A DNA stretch of 64,000 nt from Opitutales bacterium (GCA_018607135.1 JABBCA010000091.1:26798-90797); one strand, 5' to 3'. Positions 1-9,256 are shown, numbered from the stretch's first letter. Notes: generated from the letters alone by a model not told the origin. Numbers and translations are program-made.

Positions 1-937
1 AAGAGCGAAGTTCGATAGTGGTGGTCTCTAATTCGTCAATTTCATCGTAAATACGTTCCAAGTCGCCACTTTCAGTTGCTCGGAAAAATTGTCCGCCAGT
101 CATGGTTGCGATCTCGGTGAGCTCTTCTTCGTTGTAGTTTGAATTCATGGTGCGACCCCGATAAATCGGTTTTCCCTTTCCATCACGTAGCACTGCGCCT
201 GTGCGACGATCGGCCTCGGGTGCTGGAACGCGGCCTTTTTTGCCAGTTGCGATGGTGTAGACTTTGACGCCGTAAGTCTTTGCTGCCTCGGCGGCACCTA
301 ATGGTGAAATCGAACCGGAGTTGTTTTCACCGTCGGTCAGTAGAATCACAATTCGACTTCTTGATTCGTGATCGCGTAGACGGTTTACGCTCGCACCTAG
401 AGCCGTGCCGATAGCCGTGCCACCGCCGTCAATTTCGCCGAGCTCTAAACGATCGAGGTTCTTTTTAAGCCAATCGTGATTGAGTGTTAGAGGGCTGACA
501 ACATAGGCCTCTGATGCGAAGGCTACGATACCGATACGGTCGTAAGGTCGCTTACCAATGAATTCGCGCACCACGCGCTTGGCGGCATCTAAACGTGTGA
601 CAATGTCGTCGCGCGTAGAGAGGTCGAGTGCGCGCATTGACAGTGAAAGGTCGAGGGTGACCACGATGTCGATTCCTTCCGCATCTGTAGTGTCGTTCAT
701 CTTGCCAAATTGCGGGCGTGCCAGTGCTGCAATGAGGGCTACTAGTGCTAACAGCCGAAGGCTAAAAAGCATTTTACCCGCACGACTTCGACGGTTCTGG
801 CTGACTGCTTTGACGAGCGCCGTGCTTGAGAAACGAACGGCCGCTTCGGGCCCCATACGTCCTGCCCACCATGCCAAGACCGGAATCAGTAGCAGTAGCA
901 AGAAATAGACGGGATCTTGGAATTGGAAGAAGTTCAC
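1..937 (-). CDS. batA: VWA-domain protein, BatA-like (partial; C-terminus lies beyond the window edge)
   Basis: My own minus-strand translation from GTG at 937 gives [24 protein letters not shown] (N-terminal TM), a MIDAS-type [15 protein letters not shown] and TIATG. The frame stays open to position 1, so it is absent from the ORF track. The GTG overlaps the upstream stop as GTGA (934-937). Operon context is DUF4381/DUF58/MoxR. Confidence 0.8.
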   Translation of the reverse strand, partial: MNFFQFQDPVYFLLLLLIPVLAWWAGRMGPEAAVRFSSTALVKAVSQNRRSRAGKMLFSLRLLALVALIAALARPQFGKMNDTTDAEGIDIVVTLDLSLSMRALDLSTRDDIVTRLDAAKRVVREFIGKRPYDRIGIVAFASEAYVVSPLTLNHDWLKKNLDRLELGEIDGGGTAIGTALGASVNRLRDHESRSRIVILLTDGENNSGSISPLGAAEAAKTYGVKVYTIATGKKGRVPAPEADRRTGAVLRDGKGKPIYRGRTMNSNYNEEELTEIATMTGGQFFRATESGDLERIYDEIDELETTTIELRS

Positions 938-1485
938 AATTGGGCGACCTCCTTGGTTTGTTCTGCCTTTTGAACCAATTGTTTGGCAGTATCGGTGAGT
1001 GATTCACGTTGCTCAGGTGATGAGGATTGGCGTGCGAATTTAATCGCGTCGCAATCAGCAAAAAACTGTTTCAATGTTTGCTGAAAACTGCCGTTCAATC
1101 GTGTATTGCCTTTTAGACTACGAATGAATTCCTCACTCGTGCGGCCTTTGCTTGGAATGTTCAATCCCACTTGAAAATACTCTTTGAGTGCCGCAGAGGT
1201 TCGCACGGCAAAGAGTTCATCATCGACAATCTGCGCTGTTGAATCGAGTTGCTTGAGTGCGATCGCTTCGGGCGTGAGAGGGGCACGCAATGCTGAACAT
1301 TCACGCAGGTATCTGACGAAATGCCACAGCAGGAAGCCCAGCAAAAGGGCACCAATGATCGCAACGGTGACGATTTGCCAGGTCTCAAATAGGGGCACTT
1401 CCACTGGGCCACGCACACGGTCAAGCGATGGCCCCTCGGGAAGGGGCGGCATTTGTTGTGTCGTTGGTAGTTGTGCGAGGAACAT
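934..1485 (-). CDS. DUF4381-like small membrane protein of the Bat/MoxR operon
   Basis: 183-aa ORF with one TM segment ([19 protein letters not shown]). It sits between the DUF58 and BatA genes as in Bat operons, and its stop overlaps the batA start. Confidence 0.6.
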   Translation of the reverse strand: MFLAQLPTTQQMPPLPEGPSLDRVRGPVEVPLFETWQIVTVAIIGALLLGFLLWHFVRYLRECSALRAPLTPEAIALKQLDSTAQIVDDELFAVRTSAALKEYFQVGLNIPSKGRTSEEFIRSLKGNTRLNGSFQQTLKQFFADCDAIKFARQSSSPEQRESLTDTAKQLVQKAEQTKEVAQL

Positions 1486-1529
1486 GGATCTTCTTAGCTT
1501 TCAGCGTTTTTAAAATTTCAGCTTGTGCT

Positions 1530-2441
1530 TTAGTGACGACTTGCGCGGCGGGCAAAGAGTTGGCGTAGCGCAGGAAGGTAGGGCTGATCGGTGCGCGCTT
1601 CGATCCAGTCGAGCCCTTTCTTGCGCATATGACTTTCGAATTCGTTGCGCCGCTCATGAGCGAGTTCGGCGTAGCGCTTGCGAATCTTGGCGCTGCTGGT
1701 ATTTATTTCGACCATCTCTCCTGTCTCGGCGTCTTCGAGTGTGATCAGCCCAACATTGGGCAACTCGCTTTCTCTTGGATCGCTGAGCGCAATGCTGACC
1801 AAATCGTGTCGTTGATTCGTCAGCGCAAGGGTTGAGTAGAGACTTGAGGGCTGAGAGCTTAGATCTGAGGGTGTGGAGTTATTGTCCAGAAAGTCTGAGA
1901 TGAGGAAGACGACTGTCTTGCGGCGTTGCACTCGGTTGAGGTAGTCGAGCACGGCTTTATGATTGGTGCCGCGTCCTTTGGGTTCGAAGAATAAGATGTC
2001 GCGAATGGTGCGGAGCACGTGGCGGCGACCTTTCTTTGGTGGAATGTAGTGCTCGACGTCATCGGTGTAGAGTAGGAGCCCGACTTTGTCGTTGTTCAGT
2101 GTGGCCGAAAAGGCGAGCACACTGGCGATCTCGGCAGCGCGTTCGCGTTTGCTTTGCTCCACGGAACCGAAAATTCCGGATGCGCTGAGGTCGATTAGGA
2201 GCATCAGCGTGAGTTCACGCTCTTCGCGAAAGACCTTCACAAAGGGCCGATCCATTTTTGCACTGACGTTCCAATCGATTGTGCGCACGTCGTCGCCGAT
2301 CGCATATTCGCGCACCTCTTCGAAGTCCATGCCACGGCCCTTGAATGAACTATGGTAGGCGCCCGTCACTGAGTCCGTCACCAATTGTCGGGTGCGGATC
2401 TCAAGGCGACGGACTTTCTTAATGATGTCGGACGGAGACAT
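1530..2441 (-). CDS. DUF58 domain protein (MoxR-associated, VWA-like)
   Basis: 303-aa ORF. It carries the motifs GRGMDFEEVREYAIGDDVRTIDW and LLIDLSASG typical of DUF58, and lies directly downstream of moxR. Confidence 0.85.
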   Translation of the reverse strand: MSPSDIIKKVRRLEIRTRQLVTDSVTGAYHSSFKGRGMDFEEVREYAIGDDVRTIDWNVSAKMDRPFVKVFREERELTLMLLIDLSASGIFGSVEQSKRERAAEIASVLAFSATLNNDKVGLLLYTDDVEHYIPPKKGRRHVLRTIRDILFFEPKGRGTNHKAVLDYLNRVQRRKTVVFLISDFLDNNSTPSDLSSQPSSLYSTLALTNQRHDLVSIALSDPRESELPNVGLITLEDAETGEMVEINTSSAKIRKRYAELAHERRNEFESHMRKKGLDWIEARTDQPYLPALRQLFARRASRH

Positions 2442-2447
2442 TTTCTA

Positions 2448-2519
2448 AAACGCTGAAATGCTGAAACGCTGAAATGCTGAAACGCTGAAATGCTGAAACG
2501 CTGAAATTTGGAAAAGCTG
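2448..2519. repeat. Tandem octamer array (AAACGCTG/AAATGCTG): 7 exact alternating units plus 2 degenerate units
   Basis: Read directly: 2448-2503 is seven alternating octamers, followed by AAATTTGG and AAAAGCTG. The array fills most of the 102-nt moxR-DUF58 spacer. Confidence 0.95.
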
Positions 2520-2543
2520 AGAATCTCAATATTCCTAATTCTC

Positions 2544-3539
2544 TTAGGGCACTGGAACCGTTTCGAAGATCGACGTGACGAGTGCTTCGCTGCTGATTTC
2601 TTCGGCCTCGGCTTCGTAGCTGGGGATCACACGGTGGCGCAACACATCCATGCCGATTTCCTTAATATCTTGCGGAATCACATAGCTGCGACCTTGCATG
2701 AGTGCCCATGCTTTGGAGGCCAGTGTTAGGCTGATCGTTGCCCGAGGACTTGCGCCAAATTGAATGTATTGACCCAGCTCGAGGTTAAAGGCTTTGGGGT
2801 CACGAGTCGCGAGGATGATGTCGACAATGTAGTCGCGGATTTTTGGGTCCACGTAGACATCGTTCACCACTTTACGTGCCTCGGTGACTGCCTGGAGCGT
2901 CGTGACAGCATTGACGTCCAACTTAGGGGCAGTCGAGGACATGCGGTCCAGGATTTCGCGTTCGTCGGCTTTGCTCGGATACCCGACTTTCAGTTTGAGC
3001 ATGAAGCGATCGACCTGAGCTTCTGGTAGGGGGTAGGTGCCTTCTTGGTCGATCGGGTTTTCAGTCGCGAGCACTAGGAAAGGCTCGGGCAGTGGGTAGG
3101 TCGTGTCGCCGATGGTAACTTGTCGCTCTTGCATCGCCTCAAGGAGGGCACTCTGCACTTTTGCAGGTGCACGGTTGATTTCGTCGGCAAGCACTAGATT
3201 GGCAAAGATTGGGCCCTTACGTGTATGGAAAGTGCTGTCTTTTGGGCTGTAGATTAAGGTGCCGATGATGTCGGCAGGTAATAGATCGGGCGTGAATTGA
3301 ATACGTTTGAAATCCGCGTCCGTTGCGGTCGCGAGGGTGCGAATACTCAATGTCTTCGCGAGGCCAGGGACGCCTTCGAGGAGCACGTGTCCATTGGCGA
3401 GGAGGCCGACTAAAAGACGATCGACTAGGTAGTGTTGGCCGACGATCACACTGCCGATTTCTTCGCGTAGCTGCGGGATCCAACTCGTCGCTGCTGCGAC
3501 TTGAGCTTCAGTTTCTGGAGAAGTTAATGGTTCACTCAT
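2544..3539 (-). CDS. moxR: MoxR-family AAA+ ATPase
   Basis: 331 aa. Walker A is GVPGLAKT and Walker B is LADEINRA. It heads the DUF58/DUF4381/BatA gene series. Confidence 0.9.
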   Translation of the reverse strand: MSEPLTSPETEAQVAAATSWIPQLREEIGSVIVGQHYLVDRLLVGLLANGHVLLEGVPGLAKTLSIRTLATATDADFKRIQFTPDLLPADIIGTLIYSPKDSTFHTRKGPIFANLVLADEINRAPAKVQSALLEAMQERQVTIGDTTYPLPEPFLVLATENPIDQEGTYPLPEAQVDRFMLKLKVGYPSKADEREILDRMSSTAPKLDVNAVTTLQAVTEARKVVNDVYVDPKIRDYIVDIILATRDPKAFNLELGQYIQFGASPRATISLTLASKAWALMQGRSYVIPQDIKEIGMDVLRHRVIPSYEAEAEEISSEALVTSIFETVPVP

Positions 3540-3661
3540 TATACGGTATCAATTGGGTAAAATTTCTGGTTTAGAAGCGTTCACTGACAAGTGATGAACG
3601 GAACTGTTTCATTGAAATGTGAATATTGCATTTATTGTCAAGTTGTGCCTTATTGTCCCAC

Positions 3662-5029
3662 ATGCCTGCAACTATTTTAATTGTCGACGATGAAAAAAAC
3701 ACACGTGAGGGCTTAGGCCTAGCACTTGAAGACGACTACGAAGTTTATATGGCTTCTGGAGCTGACGAGGCGTTCAATCTAATGGAAGCCGAGACCTTTG
3801 ATGTTATACTTACGGATTTGCGTATGGCTGGGAAATCAGGCTTAAAGGTCATAGATAAGGCGATCACGCTGCCGAATCGTCCGATTTGTATTATGATGAC
3901 GGCTTATGGGAACGTCGAAACCGCAGTCGAGGCGATGCGCCGTGGGGCTTTTGACTTCCTTACCAAGCCAGTCAGCCTAGAAAAGTTGGAGATTCTGATT
4001 CAACGTGCGCTCAAGTCGCGCACCATTGAGGCGGAAAATGTGGTGTTGCATGAACGTCTCGACAAGAAATACAGCTTTGATGGGATCGTTGGAAATTCTC
4101 CAGGTTTGGTCGATGTGTTGGACAAGGTGAAGCTGGTCGCTCCATCCAAGGCGACCGTGCTTCTTGAAGGGGAAACGGGCACGGGTAAGGAACTCATCGC
4201 TCAAGCAATTCACCAAAATAGTAACCGTGCACGGCAGGCCTTCGTGCCCGTTCACTGCGCAGCCCTTGCGGCCAACTTACTTGAAAGCGAACTTTTCGGC
4301 CATGAGAAGGGAGCCTTTACTGGTGCGACCGAACGCCGCATTGGCCGTTTTGAATCGGCAGACGGCGGCACGCTTTTTTTAGATGAAATTGGCGAGATCG
4401 ATGCGTCCACTCAAGTGAAGTTGTTACGCTTTCTGGAAACACGCAGCTTTGAGCGCCTTGGCAGTTCGAAGTCGGTTAAGGTTGATGTGCGCCTTGTGTG
4501 CGCGACCAATCGTAACCTTACCGAAATGGCGAAAACTGGCGAGTTTCGTGAAGATTTACTCTATCGTTTAAATGTGGTGACCATTCAATTACCTGCACTG
4601 CGTCAGCGTCCGGAGGATTTGGTGATTTTACTCAATCATTACATCAACTTTTTTGCTGATGAAAATGAAGTCGAGCCTGTGGTGCTTGCTCAGAGCGCAC
4701 TCAATGTGTTGCGTGCATACAGTTGGCCAGGCAACATACGCGAATTGCGCAATTTCTGCGAAAATATCGTAGTTTTGAAGCGTGGCAGCGAAGTCACCGA
4801 GTATGACCTCGATGCAAAATATAATGCGGTATTGGAAGCGGAGACCTCGTCACAAATGCTTTCGATTAGTCCCTCTTTGAGCAAAGAGGAGAATGAAAAG
4901 CGTCTCTTGCGCAATGCACTGATCAAGGCAAATGGCAACCGCACGAAAGCAGCAGACCTCATGGGGATCAGTCGACGCACCTTGCATCGTAAAATTACCC
5001 AATGGCCAGAGCTGGATGTCGGTAAATAA
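3662..5029 (+). CDS. Sigma-54-dependent response regulator (NtrC family)
   Basis: Receiver domain ([16 protein letters not shown]), AAA+ core with GETGTGKE and the GAFTGA motif, and a C-terminal HTH ([16 protein letters not shown]). The ATG at 3662 is preferred over the upstream TTG at 3626. Confidence 0.9.
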   Translation: MPATILIVDDEKNTREGLGLALEDDYEVYMASGADEAFNLMEAETFDVILTDLRMAGKSGLKVIDKAITLPNRPICIMMTAYGNVETAVEAMRRGAFDFLTKPVSLEKLEILIQRALKSRTIEAENVVLHERLDKKYSFDGIVGNSPGLVDVLDKVKLVAPSKATVLLEGETGTGKELIAQAIHQNSNRARQAFVPVHCAALAANLLESELFGHEKGAFTGATERRIGRFESADGGTLFLDEIGEIDASTQVKLLRFLETRSFERLGSSKSVKVDVRLVCATNRNLTEMAKTGEFREDLLYRLNVVTIQLPALRQRPEDLVILLNHYINFFADENEVEPVVLAQSALNVLRAYSWPGNIRELRNFCENIVVLKRGSEVTEYDLDAKYNAVLEAETSSQMLSISPSLSKEENEKRLLRNALIKANGNRTKAADLMGISRRTLHRKITQWPELDVGK

Positions 5030-5130
5030 TCACCGATTACTACATGTATTGATGTTTGACTCATTTCAGCATGAATACAGAACTAAAGATCCACGAATCT
5101 ACTTTTCGCTAAATTTACACCGAACACAAA

Positions 5131-5997
5131 ATGACTTTTCGTTCACTTTATTTATTATTGGCGGCATTGGCTTCCAGCGCAGTTCACGCCAATGAAATTC
5201 GTATTTCAGCTTCCGACCTTCTTGCTGACTACATAGAGGAGCCTTTGATCACTTACGGCAAAGAGAATGGAATCGACTTTGAGATTGAAAGTATTGGTAG
5301 CTTACCAGCTTTGGAAAATCTCCGCTCCGATGAAATCGATATTGCAATTATTGCAGCGCCTGAAGTCGACGCATCTTTACGCGAAGACTTTACACTCTAT
5401 CCATTTGCCTACGACGTCGCAGTGGTCGCAGTGAATGCAGGCAACCCAATCGATGAAATTACACTTAGTCGCCTTGGCGGTATCTTCGGTGCCAACGAAG
5501 AATACAATTTTAATACATGGGGGGATCTAGGTCTTTCAGGCTGGGGTAGCCGTAGTATCAAGCCAGTTGCAGGACCAGCTGAAGATAGTATTTCTCTAGA
5601 ACTCTTTAAACACACCGTATTTAAAGGAGGTGTGATTAAGCAGAAGGTCGCGATGGTTAAAGATGACGAAGTCGAAAATCTATTAATAGGGGATGCCGCA
5701 TCGATTGCGATCATGTCCTCAATGCCAAAGAATAAGAAGGTGAAGGCCATTATGGTGTCAGAGACTACGGACAGCCCCGCATTTGGTCCTTCAGAGGATA
5801 ATGTTCATTATGGCGATTATCCCATACGTTTGGCGTTTTACATCGTATTTAACAAGCGCGATGAAGCCAAAGTGAAACCGGTGCTTCGCTTGCTTTTAAA
5901 CGACACAATTGCTGCAAGTTTACGCGAAAATAATCTGTTCGCATTGCCTGACACCATTCGTCGTAAGTTGACAATTGACCTCGATTTAGAAAACTAA
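5131..5997 (+). CDS. Periplasmic substrate-binding-domain protein (PstS/PBP-like), secreted
   Basis: 288 aa with a signal peptide (LLLAALASSAVHA). The resemblance to the PBP-like fold is judged from memory of that family. No permease or ATPase partners are adjacent. Confidence 0.55.
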   Translation: MTFRSLYLLLAALASSAVHANEIRISASDLLADYIEEPLITYGKENGIDFEIESIGSLPALENLRSDEIDIAIIAAPEVDASLREDFTLYPFAYDVAVVAVNAGNPIDEITLSRLGGIFGANEEYNFNTWGDLGLSGWGSRSIKPVAGPAEDSISLELFKHTVFKGGVIKQKVAMVKDDEVENLLIGDAASIAIMSSMPKNKKVKAIMVSETTDSPAFGPSEDNVHYGDYPIRLAFYIVFNKRDEAKVKPVLRLLLNDTIAASLRENNLFALPDTIRRKLTIDLDLEN

Positions 5998-6062
5998 AAT
6001 TTTTCAAAAAACGCGTTGACAGTCCGAAAATCCTATAGATTGTTTCGGCTTCTTCAAAGAAA

Positions 6063-6138
<76 letters not shown>

Positions 6139-6147
6139 TTTTATTTA

Positions 6148-6177
6148 AGGCCCTCGGACACCACGAGGGCCTTTTTC
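6148..6177 (+). terminator. Intrinsic terminator after tRNA-Gly
   Basis: 9-bp GC-rich stem AGGCCCTCG/CGAGGGCCT followed by TTTTT. Confidence 0.7.
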
Positions 6178-6384
6178 ATGTCAACAAAGATGAGCTGCAA
6201 ACTCGATGAGAGCGCTGGGCGAATGATGGTCAGTCATAGGCTGCCATGAAGCATTTGAGGCTTTATACCGAGAGCAACTGCTTTACACGTTCTTTCTTCT
6301 TAAAGGGCTATGAGCACCATAAGCCTCTTTTAAGCACCCATGCATTCGGTGCGCGAATTTCGGGTATCGTGCTGATTTGTTTCA

Positions 6385-8601
6385 TTAAGAGATGTGAGGT
6401 AGCTCACTGACGTGAGCTCGCACGTGATAGAGCGCGAGGAAGTGCCGAGCGGCTTCAGGATCGGTAAGAGGAAACGATCCAGTCAAGATGCGTGGCTTGT
6501 GATCGCTATTCAAACGAACGGGTTGTTCCATGATGAGCGCGGCGCAGTAATCGCTAAATGATTGGTAAGGGCTCTTTTTGAGCTGCGACTTACTGAGGAT
6601 TTCGAATAGGCCCACCGAGCTAGGTGCGTTACGGTGGCTGAGTTCATGACCGATGCGCCCCATGGTGTAACGCGGGTTGATCTCGACAATGGGTTTCAAT
6701 CGAAGAGCATCTTCATTGTTGCGGTATACGAATGCGTCGACTCCAATGGGGCCTTCGTAGTCGATAGCTGAAAGTGTAGCATTCAATAGTGGGGTAAGCA
6801 CATTCTCGTAGTAGTGATAAATTCTAGGTCGCCCTTCAATACGTTCCATCAGAAAGCGAACCAGTTCAGAGGAGAGGCCTTTGCAAAAGCCATTGGTGAG
6901 AATGCCACGAAATTGTCCCCGGGGATTATTCAGCATTCGAGTGAGTGCAATGCAGTTGGTTTGCTGGTCGCGACGCTCATATTGTGCAGAGCAATCGAAT
7001 ATGCGGTTTAGCCATGGTTCGATCAGCACTTCGCCTTGTGTGGCCCAAATTACATTGAGCCATTTAATTGTAAGTTCATCGATTGTATCAGATTCCATGA
7101 TACAACGATTGCCGTTGGCTGCGGTGCCAAAGGGTGCTTTGCAGACGATGTTTGAGTAGCCGAGTGATTGATAGTGGGCACGGAGTGCTTTGAGCGTTTC
7201 GAGATCCTTGGCGGGTTTTCCGTAGACTTTAATAGGAGCAAGCCAATCGATGTTTAGTGATGGAGGGACAGCCTCTGGCCTGTCCGCGTCATACTCTGCG
7301 GTCAAGCGAGGACGTGGGCCTCCCTTGTTGGAAGATGGAAGTGCTGTGTCTGGGCAACTGGGGACAGTTGCCCTCCCGTTTTGCTTGGCCCATTGCGCGC
7401 ACCACGTTTTAGAAAAGAGCGTTCGTGTTTCACTATTCCAGAGTTGCTTGTTTTGTGTGGGCTTAGTGACGAAGGGGAGGGTATCTTTGAAAAACGAAAC
7501 ACTGTCTGGGCTCCATGCCCATGGGCGTATGTCGGCGAGTTTGCGATCTATGACGGGAGCTTTATCGTTTTGTCGGGTTTGAATGATCTCGGGAAGATGA
7601 AAGCCGTAGCTGTGGAGTTGCTGGAGGAAGCTTGGTGAAGGTGGTTCTTCCATTACCAATAGGTCGTCTTTGCGTGACAGGTAAGCGGGGAGGTAGGCGA
7701 GGTCGGTTTGTAACTCAGAGTTCGTTGCGATCACTTGATCCGAATGGGGCGCCGCGTATTGCTCCGCGTGCGGGTTGAACCAATATACGGAGGGGGTGCG
7801 CCCCTTCGATTGTTGAAAGATTTTCAGATCGTTGATGAATCCAAGTTCGAGGCCTGCATCCTGGCGACCTTGTTGGTTGAAGTCGTTGCCCTTGGCGCGC
7901 GCTGGAGAAAGCGGAAAGACGAGGCGTTCACGATAGGCTTCCCAATCGGTCTTGCCGTAGGCCTTCCATTTGCGGAACCATTTGAGTCCGAAGCCGACGT
8001 GGTCGATTTCGTCGCGGTAGATCTTGTCTAAAATCTTTGCCGTATCGGGATCGCCGACGCCGTAGAAGATCTTCGCATACTCACGCGAGTAATCGAGATT
8101 GGCTTGTTCGAAAGTGAGTGAGAGGCGTGTGACATAGTCGAGAGGATCTTCCATCGAGGAGACGCTTTTCCAGAAGTAGTCACTGAGTGGGAGTTCGCCA
8201 AACTCGACACCACATTGCTGCATTCGGTGCATATACATGCGCGTATGAATTTGCTCTTCCTTGAGTGTTTCCAGCACACCGCGTCGAAAGCTGGCGGGGG
8301 CTTCAGGAAACTTAAGGAGCACGAGTGCCATCAGCTCGGTAGCAAGGAGTTCGTGATTGCCGAAAAAGTGGAGCAGTCGACCCCGTTCCTTTTCGCTCTC
8401 AAGTTTCGCAATGCTGGGGTGGCTGGCGCGCACGCCGTCTTCTCGTAGCATGAGGTGCTTAGGGCGAGTGAGGGTGCGTGGGGTGCGCATGGCTTCGCCC
8501 GGCTTGGTGTCAATGATCGCCTCGCGAGGGAAGCTGAGCTTTTCCTCAATGGTCGTGCCGAAAAGCACTTGTTTGGCAAACTCTTGCAGCTGGATGGGCA
8601 T
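6385..8601 (-). CDS. Fusion protein: N-terminal DUF455/ferritin-like diiron domain plus C-terminal ATP-grasp-like ligase domain
   Basis: 738-aa ORF. The N-terminal ~215 aa carry an E...ExxH...E...ExxH pattern (HELLATE, EEQIH, FEQAN, DEIDH). The C-terminal third carries GVDAF...LKPIVEINPRYT, an ExN-type ATP-grasp signature (E-I-N at 6676-6684). Confidence 0.75.
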   Translation of the reverse strand: MPIQLQEFAKQVLFGTTIEEKLSFPREAIIDTKPGEAMRTPRTLTRPKHLMLREDGVRASHPSIAKLESEKERGRLLHFFGNHELLATELMALVLLKFPEAPASFRRGVLETLKEEQIHTRMYMHRMQQCGVEFGELPLSDYFWKSVSSMEDPLDYVTRLSLTFEQANLDYSREYAKIFYGVGDPDTAKILDKIYRDEIDHVGFGLKWFRKWKAYGKTDWEAYRERLVFPLSPARAKGNDFNQQGRQDAGLELGFINDLKIFQQSKGRTPSVYWFNPHAEQYAAPHSDQVIATNSELQTDLAYLPAYLSRKDDLLVMEEPPSPSFLQQLHSYGFHLPEIIQTRQNDKAPVIDRKLADIRPWAWSPDSVSFFKDTLPFVTKPTQNKQLWNSETRTLFSKTWCAQWAKQNGRATVPSCPDTALPSSNKGGPRPRLTAEYDADRPEAVPPSLNIDWLAPIKVYGKPAKDLETLKALRAHYQSLGYSNIVCKAPFGTAANGNRCIMESDTIDELTIKWLNVIWATQGEVLIEPWLNRIFDCSAQYERRDQQTNCIALTRMLNNPRGQFRGILTNGFCKGLSSELVRFLMERIEGRPRIYHYYENVLTPLLNATLSAIDYEGPIGVDAFVYRNNEDALRLKPIVEINPRYTMGRIGHELSHRNAPSSVGLFEILSKSQLKKSPYQSFSDYCAALIMEQPVRLNSDHKPRILTGSFPLTDPEAARHFLALYHVRAHVSELPHIS

Positions 8602-8602
8602 C

Positions 8603-8730
8603 TAATGAACGTCGAACATCGAACGTTGAACGTCCAATGATGAATTACTGTGTTTGTGGTGTGTCATTCCAAGCTCCACATCTGCGCGGCATTCAAAATT
8701 CGATGTTGGACGTTCAATGTTCGATGTTCG
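8603..8730. repeat. Heptad-periodic imperfect inverted repeat (arms 8613-8646 and 8697-8730, 50-nt spacer)
   Basis: The arms match 29/34 by manual alignment, with 24 of the first 25 positions identical. Each arm is a run of degenerate heptamers (CGTCGAA CATCGAA CGTTGAA CGTCCAA TGATGAA). Confidence 0.9.
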
Positions 8731-8740
8731 CAAAAGTTCT

Positions 8741-9163
8741 CTAAACTTCAGTGGTCAGGTCCTTCTCCCAGGCTGCTTCGATCATCTCTACCAGATCCTT
8801 CGGAGGGCGAACGCCTTTGCCATTGGTATCCATAAAGCCGTGGGTCGTGGTGCCTGTGCACAGCAGGGTGTCGCCCCGTTTGACTTCATATTCGAAACTC
8901 ATGCGCGCACGCGGTTTTTCACGCATATATAAATGCACGTCCACACGATCATCAAAACGAGCCGGGCTTTTGTAAGCAGCAGATACCGTGAGGACAGGTA
9001 GGAGCAGCCCGCGAGCTTCGATCTCGGTGTAAGGAATGCCTATTTCATCGAGCATACGAATGCGGGCGGTCTCAAACCAGATGAGATAATTGCTGTGATA
9101 GACGACGTCCATGCGGTCAGTTTCCGCATATCTGACGCGAATCTTCGAAAGAGTATGAATCAT
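8741..9163 (-). CDS. Acyl-CoA thioesterase, YbgC/4HBT (hotdog) family
   Basis: 140 aa. It starts IRVRYAETDRMDVVYHSNYLIWFE, as is typical of YbgC-type thioesterases. Confidence 0.8.
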   Translation of the reverse strand: MIHTLSKIRVRYAETDRMDVVYHSNYLIWFETARIRMLDEIGIPYTEIEARGLLLPVLTVSAAYKSPARFDDRVDVHLYMREKPRARMSFEYEVKRGDTLLCTGTTTHGFMDTNGKGVRPPKDLVEMIEAAWEKDLTTEV

Positions 9164-9203
9164 GCGAAGTATATTGAGACCTTGGAAACAAAGGTCGAAC
9201 TCG

Positions 9204-9256
9204 GATTTATTTACTTAAGCAAAACTAATACCTTGACTATTTTAAATAAGTAAATC
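9204..9256. promoter_or_regulatory. Imperfect inverted repeat in the divergent thioesterase/gap promoter region (candidate operator)
   Basis: GATTTATTTACTTAA (9204-9218) and TTAAATAAGTAAATC (9242-9256) match 13/15 as an inverted repeat. They bracket a TTGACT hexamer. Confidence 0.35.

Noticed and set aside
2448-2519. Possible CRISPR array or minisatellite.
   Set aside because: The units are only 8 nt (16 nt for the pair) and directly abut one another with no unique spacers. No cas genes are present in the window. I kept it as a tandem repeat, not a CRISPR array.
3626-3661. Upstream TTG/GTG starts used by the ORF track for several genes (3626, 30171, 31615, 33279, 50852, 55811).
   Set aside because: The added N-terminal extensions are non-conserved and disrupt signal peptides or known N-termini. 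Some overlap the preceding gene or terminator. Internal ATG codons (3662, 30231, 31666, 33348, 50837, 55847) give canonical N-termini.
3540-5130. A sigma-54 promoter (TGGCAC-N5-TTGC) near the NtrC-type regulator, and a TATAAT box overlapping the moxR start (TATAATGAG at about 3537-3545 on the minus strand).
   Set aside because: No -24/-12 match was found. The TATAAT has no acceptable -35 at 16-18 nt, and promoter consensus for this lineage is uncertain.
6016-6039. A promoter for tRNA-Gly (TTGACA at 6016-6021 and TATAGA at 6034-6039).
   Set aside because: The spacing is only 12 nt, outside the 16-18 nt window of sigma-70-type promoters. It is not annotated.
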